DNA of 64,000 nt from Psammoneis japonica (taxonomy: Eukaryota). The position numbers and the translations under genes were made by a program. The stretch covers positions 1 through 64,000 of the forward strand of contig QPGO01000086.1 of the NCBI GenBank assembly GCA_008632985.1, read 5' to 3'. Below are positions 1-12,188 of this stretch, in pieces; positions within the stretch are counted from its first letter, which is position 1; each line of letters opens with the position of its first letter. The notes beneath the pieces were generated by a model, which was not told the origin of the DNA, made no database searches, and saw nothing but the letters and a program-made list of their open reading frames with translations.

Positions 1-360
1 CAGCCAGGCAATTGTGGTTGCAATCTTGTCAATGCAGTCTCACCCATCCCCCCCCCCCCCCCCCGCCCGCCCCCACCAATGTTTGGCTTGGACGATTTGG
101 CAAACAAGCATGGGCTGGGAAGCTGTCATCAAAATGGCTGCTTGATTTGAGACAGACATGACTGCCGCTCACTCACTCACAGCAGCTCACACAAACAAGT
201 TTGGGGCAGTGCTTTTTGCAGGAAAGGGAGCATGTGGCTGCCAGATTCATGTGGAGCTGACCTCTGAAATCAAAACTTTTGCTCCTTTTACCGTGCCTCA
301 TCCGTGGACCCCCCCCCCCCCCCCCGATGATGTTGTTTTGGAGTGCCTCATTCAACTTCC
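1..360. other. Edge of a TpA-depleted repeat domain with two poly-C tracts
   Basis: Almost no TA and rich in TG/CA. C runs at ~48-65 and ~309-325. Normal TA/CG content resumes at ~370. Confidence 0.6.
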
Positions 361-1013
361 TCAAGCCCAATGGTAAGACATGAGGTCTCTCATCAACGAG
401 CGTCGTACTTCTTTATTGATCCCCGTCAACATTGGTGATTCCGGCGATAGCACCTCGATTCGGTCGGAGTTGACTACGGACCGGGACGATGGAAACAATG
501 CTGGTGGAAACACTGGAGGCGATGGGACAACAAGCGATGCTGCTGTCGTTGCGGTTGATAGTACCGGTGCATCCACGGCGACGACTACTGACTTAAACAA
601 CCGACACAGAATGAAGAACCCGTTAGGCTTTGGCTGGTTTCGCTTTTGAAGGACAAATTTGGTTTGTCGGATGTGTAGTGTATAACTCTCTTTTAGCTTT
701 ATCTAGTTTCGAGATCTATCACATTGCAGCATCCTTGCCCAGTTTATCGAAATATTCTCAAGCGAAGAGTTTGGATCTTAGTGCTAAAGTCTTGACGGAA
801 CGTAGTCTTCTCGTAGCGTTTCAGAACGTTCCTTGTACCGCTTCTCTTCCGTGAACTTCTCACGCGTGCTGATTGAGCAGGGGCAGATTTGAACTTCGCA
901 AACAAATACTGTGATATTCCAATCATAGAGGCAATCGATAGAAATGAAAGAGGAGGGGTAGCTCACGCCCAACAGTTTCTAGCCGTTGCCAATGCTCGTC
1001 CTGGTTAATGGGC

Positions 1014-3311
1014 CTATGCGTTTGCACGAATCGGGTACGATGGCAAACCTGTGGGGAGGCTATAAGCCTGCTGTTCTCCCTGCTTCAAGAAAAGAACGAC
1101 ATAAGGAATCAAGCGCTCCACAGCTTTGCGGCAGAGAAAGACGGTTTTTTCAGTCGTCCCCCGCAACAGCTTCCCCTGGTAGAGCATCTGGAGTCGCTGT
1201 TGCGTTTTCGCCCCGATCCTCACTACCATACACAAACTGATAGGACTGTCATGTTTTGGGAACAAACTCGTTGGCAGCCCAAAATGGCATTGCACCGTTC
1301 CGCATGGTGGGCTATTGCTGCATGGGTACTTGCTGGGTTTGTCGCTGAAATGACATGAAAAAAGTGGTTCGGCGGAGCAGCACTGGCCTTGCATCAACGC
1401 ATTGTTGTCTTCGCCCTCGATAGTGTCGGTGTGAGACGCTCCAACGCATTGGTCCTTGACATACCATTCACCCATTTGCTTCAAGAACAAAGATTTTTGG
1501 TCTTTATTCTCAGTCCAAGACATATGAAAAACTATAAGATAAAAGACCGGAGCGAATTCGTCGTAAGGAACACGAAGATAATCAACCAGCTACACACTGT
1601 ATGCACTTACTGTACTGATCAGTCTCTCCCTTCATCATTGCCTTCATAAACTCCTTATCGGCGTGATATTGAAATCCACAAGGGAATTCTTGTGAGTCCC
1701 TCCCAATCACCTTGACGCCCAATCCAAAGAGCGACGCGTGCTCGGACAAGACCGCAATCATTGACTGTTGGTGACTGCGATAGGTCAGAATCATGTCACT
1801 CTGCATCAGCAACGCGTTGAAAAAGTTGCTAGTTTTGGGATTGCTCTTGGCATAGTAAAAGCCCGAATTTGCCGAATAGGGCGAATACCTTGGACTGCGC
1901 GCGCCGTCGTCTTGAAAGTAAATGTCAAACTCTTCGTGTTGGATTCTTTCTTTGAAAAAGGAGACCGGGTCACGATACCAAATCAAGTCGACGTCTTGGA
2001 ATAGCAAATCATATCCTAGCATGCTTAGGAGTTGCACGCAATATACCTTGGTCATCATCATGGCTGCAAATGTTTCGTCACCATATCGTCCCGCGGCTTG
2101 GGTTGGAATATCGGAAAACAACTGAAAAGAAGCACGTAATGAATTGGACAATATTGAGCCTCGGAATCCAGAGCACATCAAGAGCAAGAAACACACCCAC
2201 AACTTACAGTATCATCGTAGTAGACAGTCATACCCATTGATTCGGCAAGTTGCTTGGTTTCCAAATCGGTCGCAAACAAGAGAACGTGTCCAATGTCAAT
2301 GTTACGTGCTCGCGCCGAGCAAACGAAGTTTATCAGTATTTCCGATTGCCCGTGATTGCAAACCATGACGACAACGGTATTGTCGCGAGCTATTCGTTTC
2401 GCTAATACATCCAACTCTTGAGTCACCCTCTCCACAGACGAAAAGTAGTTTTGTAAATTCTTCCAGTGCCGCTTGGTAGCGTCCTTGGTGGCGACTTTGA
2501 ATTCTTCAATTCCATCCGACCGAAGGCCTCTTCCAACCAAACGCAACTTTTCATTTGAATTCACTTTACGAAATGGTTGAAATCCGTTCTCTTGATACGT
2601 CATTGGAGGAACCCGCGCGTATCGTTGAATGTGCATGGACGGGTATTGCGGCACAATCGCCATGCACTGCTTTTGCGTCGATTGTTCTGTCAAAATCACG
2701 TGAAGCGTATCGCAATTTGACATTGCTGTTTCTGCGCTCAACATTGGAATATCACCATCCAAGATAGTCTGGGGATTACTGTTGGGAGCGGCATTGTCGC
2801 TTTTGTATAAAAACAACACATCTTCATTTCCCGTTTGATCTAGAGGGTCAATCGGGACGCCCAAGTCAAGAGTTTGCGTTAAGTTCTCTCGGCTGACTCG
2901 TGCCATGCCTCTTGCAAACTTCTTCATAGTTTTGGGAAATCTTTGATCTTGGCCGTCACGCTTGATGCAAGGCTGTTGCTGCGAGTCGCTGCTCGATTGC
3001 TTCTCATCAGCTTGTTCCATGACTCGCCGTTGTCTCAATGAAGTATCAAATGGAACGGTAGGTGCTCTGTCATCGTTTGAATCAAACAATTTCTTACATT
3101 CTTCAATCAAACGATCTTGTGTAAGCATGGCGTCTATTTGAAGTGTAGGCATGCTACCTGGCGTTGTCCACAAGGACCCCGCGACAAACGAAACCATGCA
3201 AAGTCCAAGCACGACGAGATTGTGAATCCCCTGTTGTTGTTGTCCTTTCTTTCTCTTTCCAGTGTAAAGGTCATTTTCAGACGACGATGGAGACTTGACT
3301 GGCAACACCAT
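1014..3311 (-). CDS. Nucleotide-diphospho-sugar transferase family glycosyltransferase (type II membrane), 3 exons: 3311-2208, 2121-1611, 1531-~1014
   Basis: N-terminal TM segment, LFQDVDLIW DxD motif, FQDDG, ANSGFYY, SHQQ, IFHMSWT. GT-AG introns 2207-2122 and 1610-1532 join three ORFs in frame. The true 3' end is uncertain. Confidence 0.85.
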
Positions 3312-3953
3312 TTTATTCAAGTTGCTGTTGGTGGAGTAAAAGTTATTAATAATGCAACAGATATATGTTGCCGCTCTTGTGATGTGTTTGTGTGAGGCCG
3401 GAGAGGACGACAAGACTTGGACAAATTCACATTACCGCAGGGCAATATTAGAGTGTCTATCCGGTTCTACAGTGTCTAATATAAATAGAAAAGTCAATCA
3501 GCGATGACGATTCCGCGCTTTTTTCGCTTCTCTTTTTTTTTTGATGTGATGGAATGCGTCGATGCGTTGTTGACAACAACGACAATGCGACGCCGCTAAT
3601 AGACAAGCGCTGAATGCACTGCCTCTTCTTCTTTTCTAGAGGGAGCAATATGTAGAGGTTCCAAGAAATGAATCACGCAATTTCGTGCTTGACAAAGCGT
3701 CATGAAGGCGAACACCCACAAATCTGATCGATCCCTACCCGAGTCGAATGAATCAGAAGTTAATAATTTTCATTTCCAGGAGAAAGCACACGGAGCCACG
3801 TCTGATTTTGCTCTCATCTTTTCGTTTTCTATTCCAAACTCGAGTATCGTAACGACAATAACGACCCAACGACCATTGTCTTTGCGTTTTCTTACACTCA
3901 CGGCATATGCCGTCACTATAATACAAGAAACCGGCAGTACAGTACATTGAAAC

Positions 3954-5910
3954 ATGGAACCTCCTCCTGCGAAGAAGCAAAAAGTAAAAGCGCAACAGGC
4001 GCAAGAGGAACGCGAGTGCTCGGAATGTGGTACCAGCAAAACCCGAGATGGTTTCTCTCGGAGGCAGTGGATTAGTGCGACTTTGGGAAGGATGGTCGCT
4101 GCAAGGACTGTGCGGATGAAAACAAACAGCTCAAGGCCGAAGAGCAAAAGTGCGCAGCGTGTGGCCTCTGCAAGAGCCGAGATGAGTTCTTCCACAAACA
4201 GTGGAGAAGAGCAGCGTTTGAAAATAATGGTTGTTGTAAGGACTGTATAAGTAATCAACAAAATATGGACAGCCTCGCCAACAAGTTGCCTCGAAAGTGC
4301 ACCACGTGTGGAGAGACCAAGCTTCGCGATGAGTTTAGCAGCATTCAGTGGATCGAATCAAAGCCACCCAAAACAAAGGGACAATGCCTGGCGTGCCTGC
4401 CACCTGAGGAAGAGTTTCAACAGCGACAAGAGCGACAGAAAAAGCCCCGCAAGTGCTACAAATGCGGAGAAAGCAAGCTCCGTGACGCCTTTAGTGACAA
4501 ACAGTGGGGCATGGCAAAGGCACCAGATTCTAGTGTCGAAACAAAGGACAATGCTTATCGTGCCTACCGTACGAGATGGAGATACAAGAGCGAAAAGAGC
4601 GAAAGAAAAAGCCCCGTAAGTGCTGCAAAACATGCGGAGAGGCTAAGTTCCGAGAAGCTTTTAGCGACGCTCAGTGGGGTCTGGCCAAGGCTCCCGATTC
4701 CAGCGGCGAAACAAAGGGACAATGCCTGTCGTGCCTTCCGCTCGAGGTGGAGCTGCAGCAGCGACAAGAGCGGAAAAAGAAGCGCCGCAAGTGCTCTAAC
4801 TGTGGAGAGGCTAAGCTACACGACGAGTTTAGCAACTTTCAGTGGGTCGAGGCGACGGCATCCGATTCAAATGACGCGACAAAGGGACAATGCCTGTCGT
4901 GCCTTCCGCTAGAGGTGGAGCTGCAACAGCGACAAGAACGAAAAAAGAAGCGCCGCAAGTGCTCCAACTGCGGAGAAGCAAAGCTACGCGAGGAGTTTAG
5001 CAACTTTCAGTGGGGCGTGGCAGTGCCGCCCGATTCTAGTGTCGAAACAAAGGGACAATGCCTGGCGTGCCTACCATACGAGGTGGAACTACAACAGAGA
5101 AAAGAGAGGAGGGAGCAAAAGAAAAGAGAGAAGAAGAGAAAGCCGCGCAAGTGCTGCAAATGCGGAGAGATTAAGCAACGCGAGGAGTATAGTAATTTTC
5201 AGTGGGGCCAGGCGACGACACCCGATTCTACTATCGAAACAAACGGACAATGCCTATCGTGCCTACCATACGAGGTTGAGCTGCAACGGAGAAAAGAGAG
5301 AATCGCGCAGAAGAGAACCGAACAAAAGAAAAAGCCACGTAAGTGCTCAAAATGTGGAGAAGCCAAGCCGCAGGACGGTTTCAGCAAAAGGCAGTGGAGC
5401 CAGGCACGGTCAGTCGGCTCGAGTGTTGAAACGCAAGGACAATGCGTTCTGTGCTTGCCACATGACGTGGAAATCAAACTCCAAAATTACACGCTCCGAG
5501 AGTGTATTAACTGCGGAGAAATAAAGGCACACAATGCCTTCAGCGACTTGCAGTGGGCCAAGGCAGGGCCACCCAATTCAAGCGGACAATGCCTGTCTTG
5601 TCACGAGGCGGAACAAAAAGTGATCCAAGAGCGTCAGGAACGCGAGAAACGAGAGAGGGTGGAGCGAGAGAAAATGCCCCGACGAGAGTGCGCCAATTGC
5701 GGAGAGTTCAAGCCTCGTGACGGATTTAGCGACAGCCAATGGGTAATGTCGTGGTCGCCGTTTGCGGGTATTCACGTAGCACGTTTCAAGACAAGAGGAC
5801 ATTGTCTGTCCTGCTTGCCACTCGAGGCGGAACAACTGCAGATTCAAGATCGCAAGGCTCGAGCGGAACAGGAGCGAAAGGAACGGATTCGTGTGGTTTC
5901 AATAAACTGA
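3954..5910 (+). CDS. Tandem Stc1-like C4 zinc-finger repeat protein (11 repeats) with two apparent -1 frameshifts (~4080, ~4546)
   Basis: Repeated CxxCGExKxxxxFSxxQW...GQCLxC units of ~56 aa across ORFs starting at 3954, 4265 and 4576. At ~4546 ACAAAGGACA lacks one G relative to ACAAAGGGACA in the sister repeats. Confidence 0.75.
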
Positions 5911-6400
5911 ATTCCGCCGCAAAAGCGCATGCGAATAATATTGTAGAGCTAAGATAATCAATGCATTGTTAGCTACCAGCTACGAGTTTGGTTGTTGCTG
6001 GGGATGGAATTGGGCTCGAATGATGGACCCTCGCCAGTACTCCCGTCGGATGCTGTCCCTGATGGTGACGGCCTTCCCTTTCGTAACTAGCAAAATCGGT
6101 TGGCTCTGGTCCCTTGTTAGAGCCACTCTACCAAGCTCGTCTGTTCGAAGCGGCGATGTCAAAGATTTTCGGAGATCATCATCTCGTCATATCCTTAGCC
6201 GAAATTCCAAAATGAATGGTTCCCTTGTAGCGAAAATAACACAATACGACGAGTCGGAATAGCATAGGCATGTCCAAGTGCCGTTGCAGATGTGTCATCC
6301 ACACCGATTCAGACCAAAGGCTACATGCTGGCGGCTTTCTTGCTGTTGGAAACCGAACCTCTCAGCATTCCCAAGATAGCTACAAATTACTTCAATGCAT

Positions 6401-7261
6401 TCAGACCGGGCCTCGTTTTGATATCCACTTCTCAATTACGATGCCTTCCGACCGCATGTTACGTTCCAGCTGTACCATCATTTTCAGAAATCCGACCGTG
6501 ATGGCAACGAATTCTGGGAACCATACCCACCAGGAGGGAAGAATTCTGTCGTTGAATAGGAACTTCATAGGCGTTCTCGCGAAATTTAGCATGATCCCAG
6601 CTAAAGCAAAGTCAATGTGAAGCCCATGCTGAGTCTTTGGTGAGATGCAAGACCATGCAATGATTGTCAGTGCCAGGTAGCTCCCCAGCGCTATTGGAGA
6701 CCCAAAAACGTACATTGAGTCCAGCATTCCGTGCCACAGCATTGAGACGTATGTGATGGCTTCAAACAAAAAGCACACTATTGCAGTGACACAAATAATT
6801 CTGCGTCCAGTTTTGCTCCAAACCAGTGCAGCGTACGCTGCTGGGAGTGCTACAGAAAGCGAGAGGCTGCATCCGAGTGTTGGATGTAGGCCGTCCATTC
6901 CTGGGGCTCTGGCAACAAAAGCCCAACAAAATCCTCCGCTAAGACCCGCTAAGACTCCAACAACAGATGTAGCGAGCCCTACGCATCTATGTATGGTTGT
7001 TGTCTTTTCAGGCACGATCCATCGATTCAAGGAAAATAGCACTAGATAGCAACCAGCAAAGACGCGGTAAAGGAAAACTGCTTTTGTTGCACTGAACGGA
7101 ATCAAAGCGTGCTCTTCCTCCAGAATCCAGAGGTGATGCCCGCCGAAAGCTCGTACAACATCATGGAGAAATTGATGAGCCGCCACACCCGCAACAATTC
7201 CGACAACTGCTATAACATTTTGGTGGTTGCTCAGGTTGAGCCCATCCAACACACTACACAA
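6401..7261 (-). CDS. Putative multi-pass membrane protein of unknown function
   Basis: 286-aa ORF with several hydrophobic segments in normal-composition DNA. No recognisable family motif. Confidence 0.45.
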   Translation of the reverse strand: MCSVLDGLNLSNHQNVIAVVGIVAGVAAHQFLHDVVRAFGGHHLWILEEEHALIPFSATKAVFLYRVFAGCYLVLFSLNRWIVPEKTTTIHRCVGLATSVVGVLAGLSGGFCWAFVARAPGMDGLHPTLGCSLSLSVALPAAYAALVWSKTGRRIICVTAIVCFLFEAITYVSMLWHGMLDSMYVFGSPIALGSYLALTIIAWSCISPKTQHGLHIDFALAGIMLNFARTPMKFLFNDRILPSWWVWFPEFVAITVGFLKMMVQLERNMRSEGIVIEKWISKRGPV

Positions 7262-8180
7262 TCATGTCGAGCACCAATGAAAGACGAGGCAAAGTTGTCC
7301 CAAAATCAAATTCCAAAAATCAATGCTTCCTACGTATCTGAAGTAAAATTAAAAAAGGAGCGTTAAAATTTATAGAACGATCCGATTTCTAGCGCGCCAT
7401 TTTTTATGAATTGCTAAGGTTCTGCAGACATTGATTAACAGTTTCCTCCCGAACGTGTTTTTTGTATTCAATCGAAATAAAAATATAAAATCACATAAGA
7501 AATTTGTGCTTTTATATACGCCTAAATCTCCTATTGAATTAGTACGTCTCTTCAATGACTGTGTCCACGAGCTGTTATGTGCTTGGTTGTTGTCTCTTAT
7601 TGCTCTACAGGTGGAGTAGACATTGTTGCTTCGTCTACGATGATTGATCACTTAGGATGCAGACACTAGCCTACTCGTTCATTCCCCTAAATGTTGGCGC
7701 GAACTGGCGATGGACAGATAAACACATGCGGAGTTCTACGTAGAGGACCAATTTTAGCGATGACTTTGCCCCTATTTAACTTCTGTCAAAATAGGTGCCT
7801 TCCATAGCCATGGGCTATTCCGTAGGATCATTTAGGTCCTAACGCTACCGTTCGACACTAATGGCATGACCCCTTATCTACATCTGATGTGTCTACCGCC
7901 CTACAATAGTCACCATCGTTTCGTATTTAATTTGGACATGCTTCAATACGAAATTGTTCATCTAAGAAATATATCTTTGAATAATGACTACATGCTTTGT
8001 ATACGTAAAATGTAAAAATTAAATACAAAATGTAGTCATTTGTAGTCACTCTGGAGGAAACGGTTAAAAAATTCATAATCTCTCCGGCAAAAAATGAGTA
8101 GCCCTATTACCATTCACAATGGTCAATTTCGATTAGGTACTTCTATAGGGCCGTTGGTTTTGCGGAATAAAGTTGCAGTC

Positions 8181-9005
8181 ATGCCACAGTCTAATACAGA
8201 TAAAGACCCGCGATTCTCGCTGACAGACTGGGAACGTGAAAGTGTCCTTCGTCTCAAGGAGGCTTGCGATAAGGAGGGCCTAAAGTATGAATCGGTTTTT
8301 GATCTTGCAAAGTATGTTTTGGTAAGCAAAAGTGTTGCCAAGGACACGGATAAACGCGCTGACGAGAAGCGTCTCAATGAGGCTCTAAAGCGAATTCGCA
8401 ACTACCGGGATATTGTAACGAAAATGGATCTTGACAAGGTAGATCCCAAGTCTGTGCTAGAAAAACTTAATCAGAAATCTCCGGGATTTTTGATTTTTGA
8501 TTATCGCCGAGACAATGAAGGACGCCGAGTTATTGCTCGGTGCTATCAACACTCACCAACATACCTTTTGAAAGGCACGGATCAAGAGATAGCAGAATTC
8601 CTGGCGATGAGGTTTTGGGCGTTAGACCTTACGGCTGCCGACATGGTGGAGGCACGACGGGGTGTTGCGGTAGTTCTTCGCAGTTCTGAAACAGAAAAAA
8701 CGACCGTGAGTAAGGCCATGGATCACGGCCGCTTGATTGTCAAGTTAAAACGATACCACAAAGAAGAGACGCATCACGTCCGTTTGGGAAAGCTTTTTGT
8801 GCATGTTCCTCCCGTCGTTGAACATTTAGTCGCCCTTGGGAAGAAACTGGTTTTACCAAAGAAATTGGCAAGTCGCCTCCAGATGGTGTCAACCGTCACG
8901 GAATTGGAGAACCATTTAGAGCAAGACCCAGTCTCACTACAGGATTGGGTCTCGGAACGGGAAGCTACTTACAAGGAGACTGTCGACAAGCTGCGTCTCA
9001 AATGA
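8181..9005 (+). CDS. Diatom-type CRAL-TRIO/Sec14-like protein (alternative start at 8094)
   Basis: Long ORF with the LTxWERE...FDLAKYVLV...ALKRIR N-terminal pattern and RRDNEGRRVI...ARRGV...FVHVP, resembling expanded diatom CRAL-TRIO-like families. Confidence 0.55.
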   Translation: MPQSNTDKDPRFSLTDWERESVLRLKEACDKEGLKYESVFDLAKYVLVSKSVAKDTDKRADEKRLNEALKRIRNYRDIVTKMDLDKVDPKSVLEKLNQKSPGFLIFDYRRDNEGRRVIARCYQHSPTYLLKGTDQEIAEFLAMRFWALDLTAADMVEARRGVAVVLRSSETEKTTVSKAMDHGRLIVKLKRYHKEETHHVRLGKLFVHVPPVVEHLVALGKKLVLPKKLASRLQMVSTVTELENHLEQDPVSLQDWVSEREATYKETVDKLRLK

Positions 9006-9896
9006 AGATTAGGCGTTCTAGAGACATTGAACTAGTACTGTAGGATGTTGCCACTGAAACAGCTAGGAAGAGATACTCCAGGATATGGGACCCAAAGCCA
9101 AGCATGATATCAATCGGAGACAGGGCTTGCTTCAGTATGGTGCGAAGTCGTTTCTCTGCCGATTAATCTTATTTGGGATGAGACCGAGTATTTACCTACT
9201 ATGATACTCTTGCCCTTTCAGTCCTTCTCCGAAGACCACTCATCGTTGTTGTTGTGCTTGCACGGCCAACCTATGTTGTCCAAGCTAGGCATTCACTTTT
9301 TCGCGGCAGTGCCAATTCCAGTGTTAATAATTCGAGAGTGCTCTTTTAGGATCGAGGATGAGGCAAGATTCTCTCTAGAACGAGCATCACTCTAGCATTA
9401 TTGTTTCCTTCCATTCAAATCGAGTTTGGCAAGGGTTGGGAGCATTTAGAATTATTTCACTGCAGATGGTTCAGAACTATGCAGTGGAAAGCAGGCAAGC
9501 AAAGGTTTCCAGCAGAGTTTATTCTAATGTTTAAAAAGCGGGAGAGCGCTCACGATCGCAAGCAATCGGAAAACAACTCAAAAGAGCGCAGAAGCAACGA
9601 CTATGAAAAGGATAGCAGACGTAGAAGCGTGAGTACTGGGTCCAGCAAACGCTCCCGCCGAATCATCGAGACTTGATCCAGGAGGACCCGAACGTTGCCC
9701 AATGCCCGATCCTGAATAAGGAACCATTCCTGAATCCGTTCCTACTGGGGGGACAACGGGTGGCTCATTGACCGATCCTGAATTATCAGGGTTTGCTCCT
9801 GGGAGAGAAAAGGGTGGCAAGCACCAAAACACTACACAAATCATTTCAACTAATGCTAATATTCCCTCTACACCACATTATAATTCTTTTCGAGCA

Positions 9897-12017
9897 TCAA
9901 TCCACCTTTACATTTTGAAAAATGGCTCGGACAAACTTGGACGACGCCACGTGTCCCAGCGTCCCACAGAGCAATCCCAACGTCAAGGAAATAATGCTCA
10001 TGTATCCAAAGTAAAAGGAAAATTGCAAGAACCCATTCATTTGCGTTTTAATGGCATAATAATAAACGCCGTACGCAAAGACATAGGCCGCCGTACTGGC
10101 GCCACTGAAAAAGGCCGTCCATTGCCAATGGTAATTTTCGGCATTGAGGCAAAAGTACACCACAATAATGGACGTCATGCAAACGACAATGGCCATGATA
10201 CCGTACACGCCAAGCAAGAATCCGTAAACATGATAAAACTTGTAATTCCACAACGACGTCAAGACGTAATAGAGTTCAATAAAGATGGATCCAAACGAAA
10301 GCAAACCCGCCAGTGGGATCAAACCGGACGGTTTGCCATACCATGGAACATCTTCGGGAATGGGACGGGGAATGGCATTGACACGGCAGGGGAAGAATTG
10401 TTGTGCATCGCCGCCTCCCGTACCACCACCACCGGCAAGCCTCGCATGACGTCCCAGAAGAGTTCCCACTACACAGAGTGGAACGGAAACAAAAATCCAT
10501 AGCAAAAAGAGCTTGACAATCACCAAGAATGGAATGGTATTGATGGTCCCGTATGCCAAGGAAATGGCATTGAGAATCGTCAAAATGGTGGCCGTCACGG
10601 TGGGCAACAAGCAAATGGTGAGTCCCATGGTGACTTGCCACGCCGACGACGATGCCGGTGTGCTGCGTCGTGCTGCCGCCGTGGTGGGATAATACCTCTT
10701 GAAGAATTGTCCCGATGCATATCCCGCGACGATACTCGAAAGAGAATAGCACACGAGAATGGCATGAAGGACCTCACCACGCTCTTCATGGACAGCACCG
10801 TGCAACGGACCACTCACGGCAAACAACATGACACCCAGCGTCAACACAATGAGCTGCCAACCCGTTCCAAGCAGGGCGGCAAAGAGCATGAGATAGGACG
10901 GTGCTCGAAAGACATCACCGTGTACTTGTTTCCAACCCGCATCTTCGGTACCAGCACCACCACCGTGTCCCTTGTGACTGTCGGGATGAAGCGGTTTGGC
11001 TTCATCGTCATCGTCATCCACATCTTGAGCGGATGAAGCACTTTCCAAATCATGGACAAGTCCATAACGGGCGTAATCCTTTTTGAGAGTACGGAGTAAA
11101 ATGAGTGCGACCAATCCCGTCAAGAACAAGACCATCATGAAGGAATTGAAAATGGAAAACCAATGGATTTGGTGTTTAAAGAATTGATGATCAAGGTATC
11201 GATCAAAGCGGGAATGGAATTTCTCAGTGGTGGCGTGCCAGGAAATATCCAATTCAAACTTGAGGGACAAGCCCGGTTGGACCTTTTGAAGCGACGAGGG
11301 ATCACTCGTCAGATCCACCTTGACGATGCGGTCTTGATTGTAATAAATCTCCAAATTACGGGATGTGTAAATGTAAGGGACCAAATTCTCCGATTCTTGA
11401 TCCGACAAATCCGCAACCGCATCGAGACGGTTCTTATCATCGAGCTCACCCTGTATTTTGGGAGAGGAATTGGGAGGAAGCATTTCTCCCACCATGCCCC
11501 ACACGGGCAAATCATCGAGATACATTTGATAAAACCAACGGTGCTGAATGGCCTTTTGGAAAAGCGTGGCTTGTTCTTGGGAGAGAGGCGTTGTCGTGCT
11601 GCAGGATTCCTTTTCGTTTTTGCCATAGACAACATCGTGACCGGAATGCCTCAACGCGTGTCCGCCCAACGATTCTGCAAGAGTGTGCGGTTTGAGCTCA
11701 TTGAATCGTTCCGTATCCTTGGCGTCGGGGTGGTGTTTGGTATCGGGAGCACAATACGGAAGCGTGTAATACTCGTAAGCTTCTTGGGGATTGGCATACG
11801 GGCCGACCTAAGAAAGAGAGAGAGTAACTGTAAGTTTGCAGAGAAAAAAATCATAGCACACAAGAGCCGACACTGCAGAAAACAACTTGTTTTTGTATGC
11901 GCTTACTTTATTCACCCACAATTCCACATGATCTCCATTTTTATAGACATGATCCTTCATGTCGCCATAGACGGATGAAGCCGCCGCCGTGAGGAGCAGC
12001 AGCGGTAACTTCACCAT
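9897..12017 (-). CDS. TM9SF: Transmembrane 9 superfamily (EMP70/nonaspanin, TM9SF3-like) protein, exons 12017-11907 and 11807-9897
   Basis: Signal peptide, ELWVNK|VGPYANPQE across GT-AG intron 11906-11808, YLDDLPVWGMVGE, IHWFSIFNS, GWKQVHGDVFR, PCRVNAIPRPIP, and C-terminal KVD. Confidence 0.95.
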
Positions 12018-12188
12018 GGTTATTGCTGTTGTTGTTGTTGTGTTTGTCGTTGCCGTTTGCGGTGCGGGGCACAGTCATTTGCGGCGTAACGTATCTCGTA
12101 CCACTTGTACAGTGTACGCAGATTCAGTACTGAGCGGACGTAGGACGCAACGGATCAAACATTGGTGTTCGCGATTTGCGAACTGCAA

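Noticed and set aside
380..649. 89-aa low-complexity ORF at the domain edge
   Set aside because: No recognisable motif. It may be a remnant 3' end but cannot be supported.
9578..9844. Short minus-strand ORF with a Ser/Gly/Pro-rich stretch and hydrophobic tail (GPI-signal-like)
   Set aside because: No credible start and no room for upstream exons before the TM9SF 3' end. Unsupported as a gene.
9768..11978. Long plus-strand ORFs overlapping TM9SF
   Set aside because: Antisense shadows of a conserved gene.
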